Assembly: GCA_046756305.1 (NCBI GenBank)
Contig: JBHHWB010000005.1
Span: forward strand, 9,088 to 73,087
Length of the DNA stretch: 64,000 nucleotides
Origin: Gemmatimonadota bacterium
GTDB lineage: Bacteria; Gemmatimonadota; Gemmatimonadetes; Longimicrobiales; Gaopeijiaceae
Reading direction: 5' to 3'
Shown here: in pieces, positions 24,801 through 32,801 of the stretch
How positions within the stretch are numbered: position 1 is the first letter of the stretch
Layout: the number at the start of each line of letters is the position of its first letter
Notes under the pieces: model-generated
Databases searched by the model: none
Seen by the model: only the letters and a program-made list of their open reading frames with translations
What the model was told of the DNA's origin: nothing
Program-made: the position numbers and the translations under genes

Positions 24801-24847
24801 CGGCGGCGGTGAGGGATGGCCGGAGAAGAGGTGCGGACGGGGTTCAT
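21824..24847 (-). CDS. Secreted sortilin/VPS10-like BNR (Asp-box) repeat protein, about 1007 aa
   Basis: Track ORF 21824..25336 trimmed to MNPVRTSS (ATG 24847-24845), followed by a hydrophobic signal region. Repeated Asp-box-like motifs: SxDxGxTW in RSDDGGVTW, STDGGATW, TTDGGDTW, SEDGGETW, SQDGGRTF, SRDRGESW, SRDGGATW, STDAGTSW. Confidence 0.85.
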   Translation of the reverse strand: MNPVRTSSPAIPHRRRAPLAAAHVLFLAGALSAAAALIFAVPGGAQTPITAADLSDLRPRSIGPAVTGGRVHDVEAVPSDPSVLYVASASGGLWKSINRGQTWTHVFDTMAVSTFGDVALASSNPEIVYAGTGEQNNRQSTSYGNGVYRSDDGGVTWRHLGLADTRHIGKVEISPEDPDVVFVAALGNLWKPTAERGVYRSTDGGATWQRVLFVNEYTGAVDLVMNPRDPRVLYAATYQRQRRAWGFNGGGPGSGIYRTTDGGDTWVELTRGLPEGEKGRIGLAISRSNPRVLNAVVETADTATTGTYRSEDGGETWERVNSLNIRPMYYSEIFIDPNDENVVYVLATRSYVSQDGGRTFTQIARAPTYDVGVHADHHALWIDPNDSDHLYLGGDAGLWESYDRGQNFRKVNNFPIAQFYAIGVDRRDPYWVYGGLQDNHSFMGPSETRRWIGIINDDWMQDGFGDGMYWQVDPRDARYAYGSSNGGNYFRYDTRTGDMLDISPAPPLGGEPYRFDWTSPLMLSQHDPDVVYVAGNRLFVSRDRGESWTRTGDLSRRIDRDTLDLMGVPGAEIAISKNDGTSSFGEATTLDESPLDPDILWVGFDDGNLQVSRDGGATWTEVSGNVPGLPDGTYVSRITASARGEGVAYATFDGHRDGDFRPYVFRTDDFGIHWTPLNRGLPEMGVVNVIVEHPDNADVLFLGTEHAMFVSTDAGTSWAKMPNLPTTHYDDALIHPREKDLVLGTHGRGIWILDDTRPLAEWAEATAPVHLFTVAPATIKIYRKDTSYRGQAEYYGENPPDGALVTYRLMNDADGAMLRIARADGEVIRTMEVPAGAGTHRINWDLRHPLPGRDDVWERWDHPELPRPIAQRGPFVSPGRYVLTVETPDGSSRQEVEVRGDPDMPVTLAQYQSRERFLLEVLDLQERIRGLARERGVELRRFGFRGGDDAADTPEARIRAAARSVSRVYSAMNGGGVRGGTLLPPTETMRERIAEVRAVVEALEARR

Positions 24848-25668
24848 GATTCGGTCTCGTGGGTCTCGTCGGAGTAAGCAGAGGCTTCCCGGGTGGAGGC
24901 GGGTGGTTCCAGCGCGTCCCGGACGATGGCCTGCACGTCGGGGTCCATGTCCGGCGCCTTGAGCATCCATCGGAGGTAGTCGGGCTCGGTGCGGGCCACC
25001 TCCGAGAGCGTACGGCCCTGGTGCTTTCCTCTGCGAAAGACACGCTCCCCGTTCTCGATGCTGAACCAGCGGTCCACCTCGGTGCGGGTGGGCGCGTACT
25101 CTTCGCAGTAATCGTGAAGCCCGTCCAGGTCCCGAGGCAGGTGAGGGTATTTCTGGAGCTGGGCGCCCAGAACCGCCGCCGAGGTGCGGATGTCGCCCAG
25201 GGCGGTGTGGGCTTCCTCGTGCTCGCGGCCCAGATAGAAGCGCGCCGCAGCGGAGAGATCCCTGGGCTCCTCCCGGTGGAAGATGTTCTGCATGTCGATG
25301 ATGCGCCGGCCCTCCAGGCTGAAGTCCACGCCGCACCTGCGAAACTCGTTGACCAGCATGGGGACGTCGAAGCGGCGGACGTTGAACCCGGCCAGATCAC
25401 ATCCTTCCAGGAGTTGGGCAAGAGCACGGGCTCTGGCGCAGAAGGGAGCCTCGTGGGCCACGTCCTCGTCGGTGAGTCCGTGGACGGCACTGGCCTCCGG
25501 GGGGATGGGGATGCCCGGGTTGAAGCGGCGGACGCGCTCCAGAACGTCGCCCTGCGGGGTCACCTTGATGAGGGCCAACTCCACGATGCGGTCCTTCTGG
25601 AGATTCAGGCCCGTTGTTTCCAGGTCGAAGAAGACCAGGGGGCGTTCCAACTTGAAGGGTAGGTCCAT
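24844..25668 (-). CDS. DEDDh 3'-5' exonuclease (DnaQ/epsilon-like) with DUF3820-like C-terminal domain
   Basis: ExoI FFDLETTGL, ExoII GFNVRRFDVPML, ExoIII HTALGDI. C-terminal FRRGKHQGRTLSEVARTEPDYLRWML. Its TGA overlaps the ATG of the downstream BNR gene (ATGA). Confidence 0.88.
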   Translation of the reverse strand: MDLPFKLERPLVFFDLETTGLNLQKDRIVELALIKVTPQGDVLERVRRFNPGIPIPPEASAVHGLTDEDVAHEAPFCARARALAQLLEGCDLAGFNVRRFDVPMLVNEFRRCGVDFSLEGRRIIDMQNIFHREEPRDLSAAARFYLGREHEEAHTALGDIRTSAAVLGAQLQKYPHLPRDLDGLHDYCEEYAPTRTEVDRWFSIENGERVFRRGKHQGRTLSEVARTEPDYLRWMLKAPDMDPDVQAIVRDALEPPASTREASAYSDETHETES

Positions 25669-25777
25669 GGGTTCGTCAGGTTCCGGGGTCGCTGCAAGAT
25701 AGGACGGTCGGCCCCTTCCCGCGACGCTCTCCGGCCCTGGGAAACGTCAGTGCAGATCGGAGTCCCAGGGTGCGCTC

Positions 25778-26017
25778 CTATGGGATTCGGGAGGGTCGGC
25801 GGACGAGGGGGATGACCGAGAGGATCGCCCACGCCGCTTCCAGCAGAATGAAACCGGCCCGGCGATCCACCACGGCCACCCATCCCAGAAGGAGGGCCCC
25901 CACCAGATTCATAACGTTGTACAGCGGGTCGGCGGGGCCGAGAACGCGGCGGTGATTGAGGGCGTAGGCGAAGAGGATGAGAAGAGCTCCCGCCAGGGAG
26001 ATCACCTGTTGTGACAT
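25778..26017 (-). CDS. Small membrane protein (79 aa)
   Basis: Track ORF trimmed to MSQQVISLAGALLILFAYAL. Hydrophobic segments are separated by short loops. I tentatively recall similarity to small CBU_0592-type membrane proteins, but this is unverified. Confidence 0.45.
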   Translation of the reverse strand: MSQQVISLAGALLILFAYALNHRRVLGPADPLYNVMNLVGALLLGWVAVVDRRAGFILLEAAWAILSVIPLVRRPSRIP

Positions 26018-26163
26018 GAGGGGCGGTTTCGCGTTGGAGGACGGAACGGAGGAGGGAGGCGTGCACGACTGGCGCGCCGGCCCACGAAGCCCCAAGGTAC
26101 CCTCCGGAGCGGCCGTCGTGCCGCTCCATCCCCTGCTACGACTCCTCGAGGTGGTTCCGAATT

Positions 26164-27222
26164 ATGGCCCGGAAGATGCGCGCCGTCGTCATTGCCCGGC
26201 CGGGTGGCCCGGAAGTGCTGGAGATGAGGGAGGTTCCCGTTCCCATCCTCGCGCCCGGTGAGGTTCTGGTGCGGGTGGCCGCATCGGGGGTGAACCGGGC
26301 CGATCTTCTGCAGCGGATGGGACGCTACCCCCCGCCACCCGGCTTCCCCGAGGACATCCCCGGGCTGGAGTTCGCCGGGGTGGCGGAAGAGGTGCGGGGG
26401 GACGTGGGTCCGTGGGAAGTCGGGGCCGCGGTCATGGGGATCACCGGAGGCGGCGGCTACGCCGAGTACGTCGCCGTGCCCGCGGCCACCCTGGTGCCGG
26501 TTCCTCCGTCGTTGGATCTCGTCCGCGCGGGAGCCGTCCCCGAAGTGTTCCAGACAGCCTTCGACGCCGTTTTCCTCCAGGCCGGCCTGCAGGAGGGCGA
26601 GACCCTCCTGATCCATGCGGTGGGAAGCGGGGTGGGTACGGCGGCCCTCCAGTTGGCGCAGGCGGCGGGCGCACGGGTGGTGGGGACCTCGCGGACGGCG
26701 GAAAAACTGCGCAGAGCCGAGGAACTCGGCCTGTCCGAGGCGATCCTGGCGGAGCCGGGGAAGCCGGAGGTGCCGGTGAGACCGGGCGGGGCCGGAGCGT
26801 CCCCGGAGGCCCGGAAGGAGGTGCCGCCGTGGGCGGCGGAGGTCCTGCGCCGCACCGACGGAAGGGGCGCCGACGTGATCCTGGATCTGGTAGGCGGCCC
26901 CTATCTGACGGGCAACCAGCGTGTCCTGGCCCGGCGGGGACGCCACATGGTGGTGGGAGTTCCGGGCGGTCCCCGGGCCGTCATCGACCTGCGAGCACTC
27001 ATGAGTGCTCGAGGATCCATCACCGGCACGGTGCTGCGGGCCCGCCCGGTGGAGGAGAAGGCCGAGCTGGCTCGGGCCTTCCGGGACCGGGTGCTTCCCC
27101 TCTTCGACCGGGGCGCGCTCGAGCCTGTGATCGACCGGATTCTTCCGGCGGCGGAGGCCGCCGATGCTCACCGGGCCCTGGAAGCCAACGAAACATTTGG
27201 AAAGATTGTCCTCACGTGGTAG
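26164..27222 (+). CDS. qor: NADPH:quinone oxidoreductase / zeta-crystallin-type MDR
   Basis: 352 aa. MRAVVIARPGGPEVLEMREVPVP, GVNRADLLQRMGRYPPPPG, nucleotide motif HAVGSGVGTAALQLA, and C-terminal ETFGKIVLTW. Confidence 0.88.
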   Translation: MARKMRAVVIARPGGPEVLEMREVPVPILAPGEVLVRVAASGVNRADLLQRMGRYPPPPGFPEDIPGLEFAGVAEEVRGDVGPWEVGAAVMGITGGGGYAEYVAVPAATLVPVPPSLDLVRAGAVPEVFQTAFDAVFLQAGLQEGETLLIHAVGSGVGTAALQLAQAAGARVVGTSRTAEKLRRAEELGLSEAILAEPGKPEVPVRPGGAGASPEARKEVPPWAAEVLRRTDGRGADVILDLVGGPYLTGNQRVLARRGRHMVVGVPGGPRAVIDLRALMSARGSITGTVLRARPVEEKAELARAFRDRVLPLFDRGALEPVIDRILPAAEAADAHRALEANETFGKIVLTW

Positions 27223-27268
27223 GCGACCGCCCCACGCATCCCCGACCTACGGTTCATTCCCGACAACC

Positions 27269-28711
27269 ATGACCATGCCATCCTTTTTCGCTTCATCCTG
27301 GCACCGTCTTTTTTCCGTGATGTTTCTGGCGGTGGCTCCCCTTGCAGCCGCGGCGGGCTTCGGCGCCGCCTCACCTGGTCCGGCGGCGGCCCAGGAGGAG
27401 GTCGCCAAAGCGCCTCCGGCCGTGGATCTGCGCATCTACGACATCGCCGAGGCGACCTCGCCCGACCGCATCGAGGCGGACATCCGCAAGCTGGTGGACT
27501 TCGGCACCCGTAACACCCTTTCCGATACCCTCTCGGAGGCCCGGGGCATCGGCGCGGCGCGGAGATGGGTGAAATCCGAGATGGAGCGCATCTCCGCCGA
27601 GTGCGGGGGCTGTCTGGAGGTCTTCTACCAGGAGTGGCTGGTCACGCCCGAGATGAGCCGCCGGATTCCGGCGCCGGTGAATGTGGTCAACGTGGTGGCG
27701 GTTCTGCGAGGCTCGGTGCACCCCGACCGCTACGTAATCATGACGGGGGACATCGATTCCCGGGCCTCCAGCGGGACCGACGCCGAGACCGACGCTCCCG
27801 GCGCCAACGACAACGCCTCGGGGATGGCCGGCGTGCTGGAAGCCGCCCGGGTGCTGACCCGCTACCGCTTTCCCACCAGCATCGTCTTCGCCGGCCTCTC
27901 CGGTGAGGAGCAGGGGCTGTGGGGCGGCCAGTACATGGCCCGCGTGGCCAAGGAAGAGGGATGGGACATCGTGGGCGTTCTCAACAACGACATGATCGGC
28001 AACATCGAAGGCGTGGACGGCGTCATCGACAACACCACCTTTCGGGTCTTTTCCGAACCCTACCCGCGCACGGCCAGCGAACGTGAGCTGCGGAGCTACC
28101 GCACATTCGGCGGCGAGGTGGACGGACCCTCCCGGCAGCTTGCCCGCTACGTGACGCGCATCACTGACGCCTACTTCACGAATCTGAAGGCGAAGATGAT
28201 CTACCGGCTGGACCGTTTCGGGAGGGGCGGCCACCACCGTCCGTTCAACGACCTGGGGTTCGCCGGCGTGCGCATCATGGAAACGCATGAGAATTACAAC
28301 CGCCAGCACCAGAACATCCGCAAGGAGGGCGGCATCCGGTACGGCGACGTCATCGAGGGCGTGAACTTTCCCTACGCGGCACGGCTCACCGCGGTGAACG
28401 CGGCCGTTCTGGCTTCCCTGGCGTGGGCCCCGCCCGCACCCCGCAACGTGGCCATCGGCGGGGCCGTGCGCCCCTCCACCACGCTTGCCTGGGAGCCGGT
28501 GGACGACCCCGGTCTGGCGGGATACAAGATCTACTGGCGCGACACCACCGCACCCCAGTGGGAGCACTCCCGCTTCGTGGGAAAGGTCACCGAGTTCACC
28601 ATGAGGAACATGGTGATCGACAACTATCTTTATGGCGTTGCCGCCGTGGGTGAGAACGGGGACGAGAGTGTAGTGGCGTTTCCCACCCGCCAGATGCGCG
28701 CGAGGCGGTAG
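27269..28711 (+). CDS. Secreted M28-family aminopeptidase with C-terminal FN3-like domain
   Basis: Trimmed to MTMPSFFASSWHRLFSVMFLAVAPLAAAAG (signal peptide). M28 motifs: GDIDSRASSGTD, APGANDNASGMAGVLEAAR, GEEQGLWG, HHRPFND. The tail LAWEPVDDPGLAGYKIYWRD is FN3-like. Confidence 0.85.
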   Translation: MTMPSFFASSWHRLFSVMFLAVAPLAAAAGFGAASPGPAAAQEEVAKAPPAVDLRIYDIAEATSPDRIEADIRKLVDFGTRNTLSDTLSEARGIGAARRWVKSEMERISAECGGCLEVFYQEWLVTPEMSRRIPAPVNVVNVVAVLRGSVHPDRYVIMTGDIDSRASSGTDAETDAPGANDNASGMAGVLEAARVLTRYRFPTSIVFAGLSGEEQGLWGGQYMARVAKEEGWDIVGVLNNDMIGNIEGVDGVIDNTTFRVFSEPYPRTASERELRSYRTFGGEVDGPSRQLARYVTRITDAYFTNLKAKMIYRLDRFGRGGHHRPFNDLGFAGVRIMETHENYNRQHQNIRKEGGIRYGDVIEGVNFPYAARLTAVNAAVLASLAWAPPAPRNVAIGGAVRPSTTLAWEPVDDPGLAGYKIYWRDTTAPQWEHSRFVGKVTEFTMRNMVIDNYLYGVAAVGENGDESVVAFPTRQMRARR

Positions 28712-28726
28712 GAGGCCGCTCGCGCC

Positions 28727-31672
28727 TCAGGCTTCGGCAGCGTCGTCCTCTGCAGGGGCGGCGCCGGCAGGCGCGCCCTCCTTTTCGGCGGGGGCGCTGT
28801 CGGTCTCTCCCTCCTCCAGGCCCAGAGCCTCCAGCACGATCTTCTCCTGCTGGAGGACATGGTCCTTGTACTTGCCCTCCGCCGGACTGGCCCGCTCGGG
28901 ACGGGAGACGTGGGAAAGGGCGATGCTGCGCGGCACCACGGCCCGCAGTCTGGGACCCATATAGGTGAGCGCACCCATGTTCCGGGGCTCCTCCTGGGTC
29001 CACACCACTTCCTTCAGGTTGGGATAGCGGCCCAGAAGTTCCTCCAGGGCGCCGGCTGGGAAGGGATAGAGGAGCTCGACCCGCGCGACGGCCACCTGGG
29101 CCGCCTCGCCGCGACGTTTGTGGGTCTGGAGGTCGTAGTAAACCTTTCCGGAGCAGAGAATGAGCCGCGTGACTACGCGCCTGTCTTCGACCGTGGGATC
29201 GTCCAGGACGTGCTGGAACCCACCCTCGGTGAGCTCGGCCACGGCCGACGTAGCCATGGGATGGCGCAGGAGGCTCTTGGGCGTGAAGACGATCATGGGC
29301 CGTTCAGGACGCCGCAACGCCTGCCTGCGCAGCAGGTGGAAATACTGGGCGGGCGTCGTGGGGTAGGTGACCCGCATGTTGCCCTCGGCGCAGAGCTGCA
29401 GGAAGCGCTCGATGCGGGCGCTCGAGTGCTCGGGGCCCTGTCCCTCGTAGCCATGGGGCAGCAGGAGGGTGAGGCGGGAGTACTGGCCCCACTTGGTGAA
29501 ACCCGACGACAGGAACTGGTCGATCATGACCTGTGCCACGTTGACGAAGTCGCCGAACTGAGCCTCCCAGAGCACCACGTCGGCGTCGGCGCCCACCGAA
29601 TAGCCGTATTCGAAGCCCACCACCGCTGTTTCGGTGAGGGGAGAGTTGTAGATCTCGAGACGCGCCTCGGCCACCTGCTGCAGCGGCATCACCTCCGCGC
29701 CGGTCTCCACGTCGTGGAGAACCGCGTGGCGGTGGGCGAAGGTGCCGCGCTGGGCGTCCTGGCCCGTGAGGCGAATGGGGATGCCGTCTACGAGGAGTGA
29801 GCCGAAGGCCAGGGCCTCGCCGTGGCCCCAGTCGACGCGTTTTTCCGGGCCGAAGTCCTCGCCCCTGCGCTCGAGCTGGCGCCAGAGCTTGGGGTGGGGA
29901 TGGAAGTCCGGCGGGAGGGTGAGCATGGCCTGGTTGATTCGTTCCAGGACTTCCAGGTCGACGCCGGTGGTTTCGGGAACCACCGGCACTTCGTATTCGG
30001 GATCCGGCGCCCGGTCTTCCACGGGATGGTACTCGCGAACGTGGTCCTGCGCCCGGCGCAGCTCTTCGGTGACGGCGTCGGCCATGGCACGGACCTCGTC
30101 CTCGGTGACGATGCCCTCCTCGACGAGTTGCCGGGCATACAGCGTGCGCACCGTGGGATGCTCGGCGATCTTCTTGTAGAGGAGCGGCTGCGTGTACGCC
30201 GGCTCGTCGCCTTCGTTGTGTCCGTGGCGGCGGTAGCCCACCAGGTCGATGACGAAGTCGTCCTCGAAGCGGGTGCGGTAGGCCATGGCCAGGCGCACCG
30301 CGGCCAGACAGGCTTCCGGGTCGTCGGCGTTGACGTGGACGATGGGGATCCCGTACCCCTTGGCCAGGTCGCTGGCATAGCGTGTGGAGCGACTGTCGTC
30401 CACGTCGGTGGTGAACCCGACCTGGTTGTTGACGATGATGTGGACCGTGCCGCCCACGTCATATCCGCGAAGCCGCGCCATGTTGAGCGTCTCGGCGACG
30501 ATTCCTTCCGCTGCGAAGGCGGCGTCACCGTGCATGACGATGGGCACGACGGCGTGATGGTTGGGCTGCTGATCCTTGAGGGGGCCGGGGAACTGGTGCG
30601 CCCGGGTGAAGCCCCCGGCGACGGGGTTCACGAACTCGAGGTGGCTGGGGTTGGGCATGAGGGTGACGCGGATGCTGCCCACCCCGTCGAAGCGGCGGTC
30701 GCCCCGCGCCCCGTGGTGGTACTTCACGTCGCCGGTGCCGGGGATGTCCAGCTGTCCGCCGTGGAGGCTGGGGCCCTCGAACTCGGCCAGGAGCTCACCG
30801 TAGGAAACACCCACCGTGTGGGTGAGGACGTTGAGCCGTCCCCGGTGGGCCATGGCCAGCACCGCCTCCGTGCCGCCGTCCCGGATGGCCGCCTCCAGGG
30901 CCAGGTCCAGCATGGGGACCAACATGTCCGTGCCCTCGATGCTGAACCGCTTCTGACCCAGATAGGCGCGGTGGAGGAACTGCTCCAACCCCTCCACCTC
31001 GGTGAGGCGTCGCAGCAAGCGGCGCTTATCCTCCGTCGAGAGGTGGGGGAAGTGGGCGCCCGTCTCCACCTGCTCCCAGAGCCATTCCACCTTGCCGTGG
31101 TCGTCCACGTGCTCGAACTCGTAGCCGATATGGCCGGCGTAGATCTGGCGCAGCTCCTCCAACGCTTCGGCGACGGAACGGGTATCCTCCCCGTCCATGA
31201 CGAGGGAGGCCGGGAGCGCCGCCAGCTCCTCCATGGACGTTCCGAAGAGAGTCCGGGAGAGCTGGGGATGTCCCGGCGGCTCGCTGCCCAGGGGGTCAAT
31301 GTGCGCGAGTTCGTGTCCGTGGTCGCGGAAGGCCTGAATGAGCGCCGCCGCCCGGGAGACCATGGGTAGGGCGCGGCGCAGGTGCTCGGCGGCCGTCGAG
31401 GGGCTCTGGGCGGCCGACTCGAGCTGGGGCGGAACGGTGTCGGGCTGGGACTGGGCGGGCTGGGCTGGGGCGCCCGCCGCGGGGGCGGGAGGTGCGCCGG
31501 GGAGACCCTTGAGCTGTTCCGGAATGAGGAGGCCCGCAGCGGCGGCACGGGCTCCGCCGTCGGAAAAGAACTCCCGCCAGGCCGGAGGAACCGCCTCGGG
31601 ATTCCGGGCATACTCTTCGAACATCGCCTGAGCGTAGGCGGCGTTTTGGCTGTCGAAAAACGGTTCGTCCAT
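28727..31672 (-). CDS. sucA: 2-oxoglutarate dehydrogenase E1 component
   Basis: Track ORF 28727..32827 trimmed to MDEPFFDSQNAAYAQAMFEEYARNPEAVPPAWREFF (ATG at 31672), 981 aa. IYAGHIGYEFEH, LGQKRFSIEG, AMAHRGRLNVL, HGDAAFAAEG, GYRRHGHNEGDEP, WEAQFGDF, LLPHGYEGQGPEHSSAR. Confidence 0.95.
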   Translation of the reverse strand: MDEPFFDSQNAAYAQAMFEEYARNPEAVPPAWREFFSDGGARAAAAGLLIPEQLKGLPGAPPAPAAGAPAQPAQSQPDTVPPQLESAAQSPSTAAEHLRRALPMVSRAAALIQAFRDHGHELAHIDPLGSEPPGHPQLSRTLFGTSMEELAALPASLVMDGEDTRSVAEALEELRQIYAGHIGYEFEHVDDHGKVEWLWEQVETGAHFPHLSTEDKRRLLRRLTEVEGLEQFLHRAYLGQKRFSIEGTDMLVPMLDLALEAAIRDGGTEAVLAMAHRGRLNVLTHTVGVSYGELLAEFEGPSLHGGQLDIPGTGDVKYHHGARGDRRFDGVGSIRVTLMPNPSHLEFVNPVAGGFTRAHQFPGPLKDQQPNHHAVVPIVMHGDAAFAAEGIVAETLNMARLRGYDVGGTVHIIVNNQVGFTTDVDDSRSTRYASDLAKGYGIPIVHVNADDPEACLAAVRLAMAYRTRFEDDFVIDLVGYRRHGHNEGDEPAYTQPLLYKKIAEHPTVRTLYARQLVEEGIVTEDEVRAMADAVTEELRRAQDHVREYHPVEDRAPDPEYEVPVVPETTGVDLEVLERINQAMLTLPPDFHPHPKLWRQLERRGEDFGPEKRVDWGHGEALAFGSLLVDGIPIRLTGQDAQRGTFAHRHAVLHDVETGAEVMPLQQVAEARLEIYNSPLTETAVVGFEYGYSVGADADVVLWEAQFGDFVNVAQVMIDQFLSSGFTKWGQYSRLTLLLPHGYEGQGPEHSSARIERFLQLCAEGNMRVTYPTTPAQYFHLLRRQALRRPERPMIVFTPKSLLRHPMATSAVAELTEGGFQHVLDDPTVEDRRVVTRLILCSGKVYYDLQTHKRRGEAAQVAVARVELLYPFPAGALEELLGRYPNLKEVVWTQEEPRNMGALTYMGPRLRAVVPRSIALSHVSRPERASPAEGKYKDHVLQQEKIVLEALGLEEGETDSAPAEKEGAPAGAAPAEDDAAEA

Positions 31673-31798
31673 CGGCGTGGCGTGCTTCCCTCGCTTCGGT
31701 GACACCCCTGGGGGCGAGGCCTGACTGCTGTAGCTGTAAAAGGTATCGGTTTCCGGCAGGGGATTGGAGAGCCGGGCCCGGACGGGCATCGGGTACGA

Positions 31799-32734
31799 TT
31801 GCCCGGACCCGACGGCGGAATTAGGATCGGCGCCGTGAATACCTCCACCCGTTCCGTTACCGAGATCCCCCGCAAATCCCCGACCGCCTATACCCACCCC
31901 GAGTGGGAGCGGCGGTTCCCGTGGCTGGTCCAGGGCGTCACCGCTGCAGTCGACCCGGCCCGTGCGGGCACGGCGTCCGATCCGGCCGAGATGGATGCGC
32001 AAGCCGGCCCGACCGGAGGGGACACGGCGGGCCCTGCCGCCGACTTTCGCCTCTTCGGAGGCGATGGGCCCGCCCCCGGCGCTCGCGGGCGGTGGGAGGC
32101 GCTGGCGGCGGCCTACGGCTTTCCGCACATCGTCTGTGCGCCCCAGCCCCATGAAGCCACGGTGCGCTGGTACGAGAGGGTGGAACCACGGTCGCCGGAG
32201 GGTGGAGAACCTCAGGCGGTAGGGCGCGCGCCGCTCCTTGTGGCCGAGGCGTGCGACGGGCACGCGACCGATCGGGCCGGCCTCCTTCTGGGGGTGACCG
32301 TGGCCGACTGCGTACCCGTCTTCCTGGTGGATCCGGTGAAGAGGGCCGTGGCCCTTCTTCACGCCGGCTGGCGAGGGACCGCCGCCGAGATCCTTGCCCG
32401 GGGGGTGGAGGCCCTGGCGGAAAGGGCCGGAAGCCGCCGGGAAGATCTCCGGGTGCATCTGGGGCCCGCCATCTGCGGCTCCTGCTACGAGGTGGGTCCG
32501 GAAGTCTTCCACGCCCTCGGCCTGTCCCCGCCTCCGGCTCCGGCCCCGGTGGACGTGCGCGCCGTGCTGGTGCGGCAGGCCGGCGTTCTGGGAATCGCAG
32601 GCGAACGCATCAGCATCTCTTCCTTCTGCACGCGATGCGGTGAGGGGAACTTCTTCTCCCATCGGGGCGGAGATGCCGGAAGGCAGGTGGCCTTTCTGGG
32701 AATTCGGCGAGAGCGAGGGGAGGGAGTGAAGTGA
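31799..32734 (+). CDS. pgeF: YfiH/PgeF (DUF152, laccase-domain / purine nucleoside phosphorylase-like) protein
   Basis: CDGHATDRAGLLLGVTVADCVPVFLVD, LLHAGWRGT and CTRCGEGNFFSHRG are the conserved His/Cys/His ligand motifs. The TTG start in the track is uncertain, and the N-terminal region is unusually long and low in complexity. Confidence 0.8.
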   Translation: MPGPDGGIRIGAVNTSTRSVTEIPRKSPTAYTHPEWERRFPWLVQGVTAAVDPARAGTASDPAEMDAQAGPTGGDTAGPAADFRLFGGDGPAPGARGRWEALAAAYGFPHIVCAPQPHEATVRWYERVEPRSPEGGEPQAVGRAPLLVAEACDGHATDRAGLLLGVTVADCVPVFLVDPVKRAVALLHAGWRGTAAEILARGVEALAERAGSRREDLRVHLGPAICGSCYEVGPEVFHALGLSPPPAPAPVDVRAVLVRQAGVLGIAGERISISSFCTRCGEGNFFSHRGGDAGRQVAFLGIRRERGEGVK

Positions 32735-32801
32735 GCGGGGTGGCTGGAGCCGTCCCGGCTCCGGAACCGCGGGACGGCATGGGGGATTTTCAGCGCAACC
32801 C

